Assembly (NCBI GenBank): GCA_963730935.1
Contig: CAVSTP010000003.1
Coordinates: forward strand, 542,292 to 606,291
Direction: 5' to 3'
DNA length: 64,000 bases
Origin: an uncultured Nitrospiraceae bacterium
Lineage (GTDB): Bacteria > Nitrospirota > Nitrospiria > Nitrospirales > Nitrospiraceae
Shown: positions 57,266-64,000 of the stretch, piece by piece
How positions within the stretch are numbered: position 1 is the stretch's first letter
How the letters are laid out: each line of letters starts with the position of its first letter
Made by a program: the position numbers and the translations under genes
The notes under the pieces: generated by a model
Told to the model about the DNA's origin: nothing
What the model saw: only the letters and a program-made list of their open reading frames with translations
Databases searched by the model: none

Positions 57266-58194
57266 GGGACCAGCGCCTTGCAGGCATCGACATTGGGACA
57301 CTGACTTGCCGACTCCTCATTGCCGATCTTCCCGCCAACGGCCCCTTGAAGGAACTGCACTCAGAGCGACGGATTCTTCGGCTCGGCGAAGGCGTCGATC
57401 AGTCGAAACGGCTGAAGCCAGAGGCGATGGACCGCGTGGCTCGGTGCCTTCAAGAATGGCGCAGAGTCATCGACGGCTATGACGTGCAGGCGCGAACGGC
57501 CGTGGCGACAAGCGCCGTTCGTGACGCGAAGAATCGGCAGCAGTTTGTGGATCGAGTCAAATCGGAGACCGGCCTCGAGGTCGAAATCCTCACCGGCGAG
57601 GAAGAAGCGAAACGAACCATGCTCGGCATTCGCTCTGGCCTCCCTCAAGGAGTTACCGACGTACTGGCGCTAGACATTGGCGGGGGCAGCACGGAATTCA
57701 TCTTGGCTCAACAGGGACAACCACCCGTCGTGTGCTCGATCGATATCGGGGTCGTACGGCTCTCCGAACGGCTGTTGCATCATGATCCGCCGACAAGAGA
57801 GGAGATAGAGCAGGCGCGTGTCTGGATCCGGCGGGAAACCACTGAGGCTTTGGCTGCAATGCCGCGCTCGTCAGGATTCACCTTCGTCGGGACAGCAGGC
57901 ACGATCACCTCATTGGCGGCCATGGCGCAGCAGCTTCCCGTCTATGAGCCGACAAGGATCCATAACTACCGACTGGGGCTGGAAACAATCGCCGACCTCG
58001 AGCAGCAATTGCTGAGTCGATCCAAAGCGGCGCGAGTCGGCATGCCTGGACTGGAAAAAAATCGAGAAGACGTTATTGCCTCCGGAGCCATCATCCTCCG
58101 GACGGTCATGGACACCTTGGGCGAGCGGGAGTGCCTTGTAAGTGATCTGGGATTACGGGAAGGGGTGCTGATTCACTTGGCCATGAGCCAATAA
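57262..58194 (+). CDS. Ppx/GppA-family phosphatase (exopolyphosphatase / guanosine pentaphosphate phosphohydrolase, short form)
   Basis: ASKHA-fold motifs AGIDIGTLTCRLLIA, ATSAVRDAKN and LALDIGGGSTEF. 310 aa. Confidence 0.85.
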   Translation: MRDQRLAGIDIGTLTCRLLIADLPANGPLKELHSERRILRLGEGVDQSKRLKPEAMDRVARCLQEWRRVIDGYDVQARTAVATSAVRDAKNRQQFVDRVKSETGLEVEILTGEEEAKRTMLGIRSGLPQGVTDVLALDIGGGSTEFILAQQGQPPVVCSIDIGVVRLSERLLHHDPPTREEIEQARVWIRRETTEALAAMPRSSGFTFVGTAGTITSLAAMAQQLPVYEPTRIHNYRLGLETIADLEQQLLSRSKAARVGMPGLEKNREDVIASGAIILRTVMDTLGERECLVSDLGLREGVLIHLAMSQ

Positions 58195-58283
58195 TGTTCT
58201 GAATTGTGTCTGTTGCCTGTCCTCCGTTCAGTACGACCACTGCGGCTTCTGCTCGCTGATTCAAAAAGTATCCTTTCTCCTTT

Positions 58284-58423
58284 GCGGGTGGCGCTGATCT
58301 GGAACCTTTTTCACCCACCCAACCCTGCCGCGCCGAGACGCGGCTTTTCACCAAGCGCCCTTAGCGGGGTCCCTACACCGGGCGGGGGCGAGGACGGACG
58401 GGCTGGTCAGCGTCAGGACCCGC
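58284..58423 (-). repeat. Palindromic 3'-UTR repeat, long form (140 nt), copy D
   Basis: The minus-strand reading aligns end to end with copy C. It begins 16 nt after the stop of the minus-strand 496-aa methyltransferase gene. Confidence 0.88.
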
Positions 58424-58439
58424 TACTTCCCTTCTTCTT

Positions 58440-59930
58440 TTATCGCTGGGAGTACCACCTGTAGCCTTTGTTTTCCGTGTACGTCGGCTTGTGCGTCCCG
58501 CCGGGCTTTCCCAGCAACAAGACTTTGAAATCAATCAGCCCAAACCAGGCCGGGTCGGCCACGTCGTGATAGTGGGTGCCCTGGAACTTCGGGAGTAGAT
58601 CGCCGAGCGTCTGTTTGAGTTCGTTCTCCGTGTAGGCCCGGACGACAAACGGTTTGTTCATCGCCTGGCAAAACCGCTGAATCGTATAGGCGGCGCCGGT
58701 GCAAAGCACTTTTGTGTCCGGCCTCATCGTCAAGAACTGCGGGAGCGCCAAGTACTGCTCCTGAAAGCCGAGCCAGCGGGCGGCCTGCCTCAAGTGACTA
58801 TATTGAACCTCGTATTCGGTATGACCCGGCAGTTTCACCGGCGAGGGCCATCCTTCTTCGATGCCGAATTCCGTCAGAAAGGCGTGGCCGCCTGGTTTGA
58901 GGACGCGCCACAACTCTGCGATGAATCGGAAGGGACCTAGATTGAAGATGACGTCATCGGGCAGGTCATTGCCGAGCGGCAGACGCACACGCCGGATCCA
59001 ATCCAGCGCTTCCTGATGCTGTGGAGTGGCACCCGCCCCTGACAGCAATTCCTGTTTCGTCAGCTTGACCGGTGTCATGTCGGCCATGTTCTCGTTGTCG
59101 ATGACCAGATCGACCGAGTTATCCTTGAAGGGCAGCCATTCCGCATTCGCTTGTGTGCCGCTGCAGGGCCAGCCGCCCGCTGTTGCACGGCTGATCTGCA
59201 GTTTCAGGAAGGGTTTGGTGATATCGACCGAGCAGTATCTGATGCTCTCCTTCTCGAAAGGCAGGAGTTCCTTGCCGAGTTCCCGGGCGACATAGCCAAG
59301 TCCACCGCCCACTTCGACGATGATGCGCGGCTTCGGATTGAACCAGCCGAGGCGCCGGAGTTTCTGCATGAGCAGCCTGCCGTAGGTCAGGCCGTTCAAG
59401 GCTTCGTTGGGCTCACGGAAGAGATGTGAGACTGTCGTTTCGATCAGATCGAAATGCCCGTCGTCCTCGGCGCTGTCTTTTAGTTCGTGAAGGTGAAAAT
59501 CTTCGAGGTGATCTTCACCTTCAAAGCCGTCTTGTCCCGACCAGCCTTCTCGGATCTGCTGAAGCAGCACGTCCCATTTGGCCTTATGCCGGTGGCCGCC
59601 GGGAGGCTCGGCTCCGTAGTAACAGAGCGAATAATTGGGAAGGGCCCAGCGCTCTAAATGCCACTGGCCCGGCTGCCCGTCAGGCCCGCATACTTTCGAT
59701 CCATACCGTTCAACCAATGCACGGACGGTCGTGTGGCCGTTCATCGCCTTGAGCATGTCGAGACCGGTACGGTTTAGCCGTACGATTGGCAGATTGTCGT
59801 CGAGAGGCGCGAACCACCATTCGTCGGGATGATGTTGATAGGCCACCAGGTCGGGGATGTGCCAGGCCAGGAGATTGAGGGTGTCTCCCGAGAGATGACG
59901 GGGTTCGTGAACAGCAACAGCCGGCTTCAT
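58440..59930 (-). CDS. Class I SAM-dependent methyltransferase-fold protein (MidA/DUF185-like core) with a PqqD/RRE-like N-terminal segment
   Basis: SAM motif IIVEVGGGLGYVARELG. IDNENMADMTPV and FLTEFG echo the MidA-family blocks. The N-terminal IVRLNRTGLDMLKAMNGHTTVRALVERYG resembles the PqqD-family LN.T....W..LDG..T..E pattern. All assignments are by eye. Confidence 0.55.
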   Translation of the reverse strand: MKPAVAVHEPRHLSGDTLNLLAWHIPDLVAYQHHPDEWWFAPLDDNLPIVRLNRTGLDMLKAMNGHTTVRALVERYGSKVCGPDGQPGQWHLERWALPNYSLCYYGAEPPGGHRHKAKWDVLLQQIREGWSGQDGFEGEDHLEDFHLHELKDSAEDDGHFDLIETTVSHLFREPNEALNGLTYGRLLMQKLRRLGWFNPKPRIIVEVGGGLGYVARELGKELLPFEKESIRYCSVDITKPFLKLQISRATAGGWPCSGTQANAEWLPFKDNSVDLVIDNENMADMTPVKLTKQELLSGAGATPQHQEALDWIRRVRLPLGNDLPDDVIFNLGPFRFIAELWRVLKPGGHAFLTEFGIEEGWPSPVKLPGHTEYEVQYSHLRQAARWLGFQEQYLALPQFLTMRPDTKVLCTGAAYTIQRFCQAMNKPFVVRAYTENELKQTLGDLLPKFQGTHYHDVADPAWFGLIDFKVLLLGKPGGTHKPTYTENKGYRWYSQR

Positions 59931-60009
59931 GCCAATCGTAGAGCGTTAGGCGCAGAAGCCTACACGAGCCTGTGGTTTTCCTGCAAGAACCTCTAGGGGA
60001 CCGGCGGAG

Positions 60010-60396
60010 TTACAGTTGAGAAGGGACCGGGGAGCCATCCGTGACGATGATCGTCCCGTGCATAATGGGGTGGATACGGCAGATGTATTGATATTTCCCC
60101 GGCGTCAAGCCGGGATGTGTGTACGTATCGTTGGGCAGTACGATCCCGGAATCGAACGCACAGCCGTCACCGTCCTCGAGACAGCCGACGTGCGTAATCG
60201 TGTGTTCAGTCGGGGTGGGATTCTCCCATCTGATCGGGGCACCCGTGGACACGGTAGCCGATTTCGGAACGAAGTAAGGCGATCCGCTGTCGATAATGAT
60301 GGCGGTGTACGGCGGCGTCGCCGATGTTGGCCACGCCGTCCATGCCATGACCAGCAGCATGGCGATAAAAGTTCGTCTGTAGATGGCGTCTTTCAT
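60010..60396 (-). CDS. Secreted cupredoxin (type 1 blue copper protein)
   Basis: Signal peptide (FIAMLLVMAWTAWPTSA), an upstream His (EHTITH) and the C-terminal ligand loop C-R-I-H-P-I-M (YICRIHPIMHGTI). Confidence 0.8.
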   Translation of the reverse strand: MKDAIYRRTFIAMLLVMAWTAWPTSATPPYTAIIIDSGSPYFVPKSATVSTGAPIRWENPTPTEHTITHVGCLEDGDGCAFDSGIVLPNDTYTHPGLTPGKYQYICRIHPIMHGTIIVTDGSPVPSQL

Positions 60397-60497
60397 ATCC
60401 TCATTTCTGGATAACCATTCTACCATGCCGGTCAAGAAGTAGGCGTCAACACCGCCCAATTGTCCCAGGAACAGTCTTGACCTGGGAACGGGATTGT

Positions 60498-61538
60498 ATG
60501 ATTCTTCGCCTTATTTCAATGATGCTTAGGGACCCCGAGGTGCACCCTATTTTCGTGACAATCCGATTGGTTCTGCTGGCAGGGAGCGGCTGGTTCCTTG
60601 CTATGTCGTCCCCGCCGGCGTCGGCACTTACTCTGACGATGCCGGCCGCTGACGCACAGGTGGCTTCCGGTCAAACGCTTCGGGTTGCCGTTGACGTGGG
60701 TAAGGAACTCAATCTGCGACGGCTCCATTATTATTGGTACCGGATCGACGAGGAACCGCTAGCGTCGCACCAGGCGAATCCGGCGCCATTTACTCCCTCG
60801 CAAGACGGCTCTCCGTTTGTCGGCACCGTGGTAGTCCCTGCCGATGCGCTCGGCAAGATGCGACTGTTAGCTGTTGGCGAGGTCGTCAGAGGCCGCATGG
60901 AGAGTCATGAGGAGTTTGACGAGGTGCTGGTGAACGTCGAGACGACAGCCGAGCTACAGGCTATTGAGTTCACGGTGCGCAAGCCATGGAGGCTGGCGCA
61001 GGCTGGTAAGCGGGTGATGGTCCCCGCGGTTGGACAGTTCAGTGACGGCATATCTCGTCTCCTCGTCGGTCCAAGTGCCGGCAGTCGTTTCCATTCATCC
61101 GATGAACGGGTCGTGTCGGTGGACGCCCATGGAGCCCTCCAAGTGATGGGCGCGGGCAAGGCGGCCGTTGCCGTCGAAAACCGCGGGAAAACGGGAACGG
61201 TGGACGTCATCGTTGAGACGGATGGAGAACCGAATCGTCCGCCGATTGCAGAAGTGGTCAAAGAACTGCACGCCAAATCGGGTGACCTTGTGTTGCTTGA
61301 CGGCCTCAGAAGCCGCGATCCTGATGGCGATCCACTACACTTCGAGTGGAAGCAGATCCTTGGTCATCGCGTCATCCTCAGCAATGTGAACGAGGCCAAG
61401 GCGACCTTCGTGGCGCCCCAAGTCTCAGAGCAAAAACAGTATCAATTTTCTTTGGTGGTCACCGACATGGCGGGGCCGGACACGATCAAGGGAGCGGATA
61501 GCGCTCCGGCCGTCGTGACGGTATGGATCACCCCTTGA
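60498..61538 (+). CDS. Secreted protein with bacterial Ig-like (BIG2) and PKD-like domains
   Basis: Signal peptide. BIG2-like SSDERVVSVDAHGALQVMGAGKAAVAVENRGKTGTVDVIV. PKD-like NRPPIAEV...LDGLRSRDPDGDPLHFEWKQ. The start is uncertain (60477/60498/60519). Confidence 0.65.
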   Translation: MILRLISMMLRDPEVHPIFVTIRLVLLAGSGWFLAMSSPPASALTLTMPAADAQVASGQTLRVAVDVGKELNLRRLHYYWYRIDEEPLASHQANPAPFTPSQDGSPFVGTVVVPADALGKMRLLAVGEVVRGRMESHEEFDEVLVNVETTAELQAIEFTVRKPWRLAQAGKRVMVPAVGQFSDGISRLLVGPSAGSRFHSSDERVVSVDAHGALQVMGAGKAAVAVENRGKTGTVDVIVETDGEPNRPPIAEVVKELHAKSGDLVLLDGLRSRDPDGDPLHFEWKQILGHRVILSNVNEAKATFVAPQVSEQKQYQFSLVVTDMAGPDTIKGADSAPAVVTVWITP

Positions 61539-61647
61539 TGGTAGGGAAAACCCGAGTCCAGACCCCGTTGCAACACTCCGTACATTCATGCTAGATGGAG
61601 GCCGCATTCGAGTTCAACGTGCATGGTGATGAAAGAGGAGAGGATCG

Positions 61648-62058
61648 ATGGCGAAGATGAAGAAGCGTCCGGCAAAAAAGAAACCTGCCAAGGCGAAGGC
61701 GAAGAAATCGCCAAAAAAAGCGGCGAAGAAGACGGCAAAGAAGCAGGCCGCGAAAGCGGCTCCGAAGAAAAAAATCAGCGCGGCGCCCGCTCCGTCCAAA
61801 CCCACGGCCGTGAAAAAAGCCGTACCCGACGAGGAAACCAGAAAGCCCTCCGCGTCCAAGGGAATGCCAGTGATGCCCAAGGACCCCGAGCTGGATGAGG
61901 AAGAGATAGGAGAAGAAGAGATCGATCTCACCGGCGAAGGCGAGATGGATGACGATGTGGAAGAGGACCTCTCCCTGGACGACGAAGATGAAGAAGATGT
62001 CGACTACATCGAAAAGTCTGACGATCTCATCGACGATTCCGACGACTATCGGCACTAA
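61648..62058 (+). CDS. Bipolar low-complexity protein: histone-H1-like Lys/Ala-rich N-terminal half and poly-acidic C-terminal half
   Basis: RBS GAGGAGAGG. The N-terminal ~60 aa are KKPAKAKAKKSPKKAAKKTAKKQAAKAAPKKK-type. The C-terminal ~70 aa are D/E-rich (DEEEIGEEEIDL...DDEDEEDVDY...DDSDDY). Confidence 0.65.
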   Translation: MAKMKKRPAKKKPAKAKAKKSPKKAAKKTAKKQAAKAAPKKKISAAPAPSKPTAVKKAVPDEETRKPSASKGMPVMPKDPELDEEEIGEEEIDLTGEGEMDDDVEEDLSLDDEDEEDVDYIEKSDDLIDDSDDYRH

Positions 62059-62171
62059 ATCCTATTCACCTCACCTGACAGAAGCTTCCGGCCTAGCAGC
62101 TTTTACCGGCCTGCTGTTGACTTGTCCGCTGCCGCGGTCGAGCTGTGGAACACTCTGACGTTGATGAGCAC

Positions 62172-62633
62172 ATGTCCGATTTTCTCTTTATTGTTCCAGC
62201 GCTGCGTGAGCGGACATCCGAAGCGAGTGCGGACCTGCAGCTTTCACACGGGCTGTGGGGACTGTGCACCGCCCTGATTCGATCTAATCTCCAAACCTAT
62301 CTGACCCCGGAGTCGCGAGGCGTGGTCTACGTTTTGAAGGTCGGCCTTTGCGCGGAATTCAAACTCGTGCCTCCTGTGCAGGACTTCTCAGGGCTTGATG
62401 AGTTTCTCAAGGATGAATTGCGGACGGAAGCCAGGCATGGATTCGTACGGATCGACGGTATGAAGCGGTGGACATGGTCGGCCCATGCCAGTCAGGCGCT
62501 CTTGCTGCGCGTGCTGAAGATCGCGGATCAGGCGGAACTGACGCGGAGGCTTGCGCTCGGGATGCATCGGCTGATGCCGGAAGAGTATGAGGCCATTTTG
62601 ACGGGAATTCGAGAAGGGCTCGCGCAAGGCTGA
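62172..62633 (+). CDS. Hypothetical protein (about 153 aa)
   Basis: Protein-like composition. No family recognised. Start ATG 62172, with GTG 62145 as the alternative. Confidence 0.45.
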   Translation: MSDFLFIVPALRERTSEASADLQLSHGLWGLCTALIRSNLQTYLTPESRGVVYVLKVGLCAEFKLVPPVQDFSGLDEFLKDELRTEARHGFVRIDGMKRWTWSAHASQALLLRVLKIADQAELTRRLALGMHRLMPEEYEAILTGIREGLAQG

Positions 62634-62657
62634 AAGACGCGGCGGAGAGGACACCCA

Positions 62658-63299
62658 TCACAGGCTTTTGCCGGTCATGAACAGATACGCGTCGTCGATG
62701 GTGTCGACTTCCTTGACCGTGATGTTGAGCTGAAAGCTCAGTTCAATGAGATTCCAGTGCGCCGAGTGCAGCTGCCCGCGCGGCACAAGCACGGTGTGAT
62801 ATCCCTCCCGTTTTGCCGCCCGGATCTTATCGGGAATGGCGCCGACCCAACCGATCCGGCCGCCGGGTTCGAGGGTTCCGGTCAGTGCAGTGCCCCGCTG
62901 AATACGATCACCTTTGAACGTGGCAATGAATCCCACCGCCATCACTGCGCCGGCGCTCGGACCATCAGTGCCTGTCGGCCGGTATGAGATCCCCTGCACA
63001 ACCACTGTACCGGTATGCGACAGGCCGGTGGTGCGCTCAACGGCATAGTCGAAGGCCTGCGCCATCGATCCCAATTGGGTCTTTCCGTAGCGGACGCCTG
63101 CGATATTCATCTGAAGTTGAACCGGATTCGGATCGGACTTTCTGTCCCACCCCATCAGCATGATCTCAAACACGCCGAGGTTGTTTTGTCCAATCGCAGC
63201 TAGGACGGGGAGTTCGATGTACTCGGCATGGGCAGAGACTGCAGCCGTCAAGACGAGGGCCGTGAGGAGCGGGGCGATCATCAGGGCCTGTGCACGCAT
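62658..63299 (-). CDS. Secreted Lon-protease-like S16 peptidase domain protein (no AAA+ module)
   Basis: Signal peptide MRAQALMIAPLLTALVLTAAVSAHA. Lon proteolytic-domain blocks are TDGPSAGAVMAVGF (catalytic Ser context) and IGWVGAIPDKIRAAKREGYHTVLVP (Lys context). Confidence 0.75.
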   Translation of the reverse strand: MRAQALMIAPLLTALVLTAAVSAHAEYIELPVLAAIGQNNLGVFEIMLMGWDRKSDPNPVQLQMNIAGVRYGKTQLGSMAQAFDYAVERTTGLSHTGTVVVQGISYRPTGTDGPSAGAVMAVGFIATFKGDRIQRGTALTGTLEPGGRIGWVGAIPDKIRAAKREGYHTVLVPRGQLHSAHWNLIELSFQLNITVKEVDTIDDAYLFMTGKSL

Positions 63300-63390
63300 G
63301 GAAACGAGTCTACCAAACCGCCTGTCTGCGTAAAGAAAGCGATGATTTCGTGACTTGCCTTGCGCCAGGCCATTCCGTATAAGGACCGTC

Positions 63391-64000
63391 ATGCTCAAGC
63401 CGATATACATCGGCCGTTGGTGGGTGGCGGTGTTGCTCTGTGTGTTTCCGGCCCCGGCCGCCGCCGGCTGCCTTCTCGACGATGCGGCGTCCGGCGCGCA
63501 AGGACGATTCAAAATTCATCTCAGTGAGTCCTGCACGCAGGCCGAGCGGGATGCTCATGCCGTCAAGGCGTCCACAGTCCTGGCAGCCTTGACACGAGGA
63601 CAGACCGTCGATCTGGACGGTGTGGTGATTCACGGCGACCTGACGCTCGAGACGTTGCCTGTGGTCACCGATCCTCCCGCGCTCGACGGGATCATCGGTC
63701 CGCAGGACAAGGTGGTCAGAGTGATCGCCGGCGGGCTGTCTCTCGTCAATTCCACCGTGCAGGGGAAGATTGTGCATCGGTCGGCGGACGGAACCCTCCT
63801 CTTCAGCGGTCCTGTGACGTTTCGAGGCACGACATTCGAGCAAATGGTGGATCTGTCGCGCTCCGTATTCACGCAGCCTGTGGTCTTGTCCGGGGCGGTG
63901 TTTCTCGCAGAAGGGTATTTTGTGCAAGGTCAGTTTCTCGGCGAGATGACCGGCGAGAAAACAGCCTTCGGTCCTCACACAAGGTTCCACCGCTCCCGAT
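63391..64000 (+). CDS. Hypothetical lipoprotein, N-terminal part (runs off the window; absent from the ORF track because no stop is reached)
   Basis: ATG 63391 and lipobox LLCVFPAPAAAGC. High GC3 with no stop for 203 codons. A repetitive V.G.. pattern suggests a beta-helix/pentapeptide-like fold. The overlapping minus-strand ORF 63310-63990 is Arg/His-rich and not protein-like. Confidence 0.6.
   Translation, partial: MLKPIYIGRWWVAVLLCVFPAPAAAGCLLDDAASGAQGRFKIHLSESCTQAERDAHAVKASTVLAALTRGQTVDLDGVVIHGDLTLETLPVVTDPPALDGIIGPQDKVVRVIAGGLSLVNSTVQGKIVHRSADGTLLFSGPVTFRGTTFEQMVDLSRSVFTQPVVLSGAVFLAEGYFVQGQFLGEMTGEKTAFGPHTRFHRSR

Noticed and set aside
63310-63990. 226-aa minus-strand ORF at the window end
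   Set aside because: It is Arg/His-rich. The plus strand from ATG 63391 encodes a lipobox-bearing protein with high GC3 and no stop to the window edge, and that is the better model.

Overview
This is a high-GC (about 58-60 % by eye) chromosomal window, densely coding, with no rRNA, tRNA, CRISPR array, transposase or integrase that I could find. The gene content points to a nitrite-oxidising Nitrospira-type organism. That is an inference from four things: a chlorite dismutase collinear with the Nitrospira Cld as I remember it, cyanase, an HAO-like octaheme cytochrome c, and several Amt paralogs.

Gene order:
- 1-15 kb, a nitrogen super-locus: amt(partial)-glnK-glnD-glnA, a cyanate/nitrite-type ABC transporter plus cynS, then amt, a small wHTH ORF, amt, Rieske, cytochrome b and an octaheme cytochrome c.
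- 15-25 kb, housekeeping and envelope genes: CBS protein, NTF2-like protein, DUF2157-like membrane protein, MltC-like transglycosylase, ABC-F Uup, rnhA and lipoproteins.
- 25-30 kb: two divergent single-module GlnE-like genes.
- 30-35.5 kb: a PagL-like gene, groESL, rpoH and narK.
- 35.6-47 kb: ribBA-ribH-nusB, then purB-cld-purC-purS-purQ-(endonuclease V-like)-purL-purF.
- 47-64 kb, mixed redox, TPR, methyltransferase and secreted proteins: recG, a Ppx/GppA-family gene, a cupredoxin plus methyltransferase pair, a histone-H1-like bipolar protein and a secreted Lon-S16 peptidase.

Main findings:
1. An unannotated family of nested palindromic repeats of 97, 140 and 297 nt. Every copy starts 2-21 nt after a stop codon, always in the same orientation relative to the upstream gene, and the stems carry compensatory changes.
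2. An apparent operon of wHTH ORF, leaderless-type Amt, Rieske/cytochrome b and periplasmic octaheme cytochrome c. It looks like a quinol-driven nitrite-to-ammonium module coupled to ammonium import.
3. That Rieske protein has Asp in place of the first cluster-ligating His.
4. Three near-identical long hairpins inside the nitrogen locus.
5. A glnE split into two divergent genes, with a 145-nt palindromic leader element.

All functional calls come from reading the translations by eye. No database search was run.
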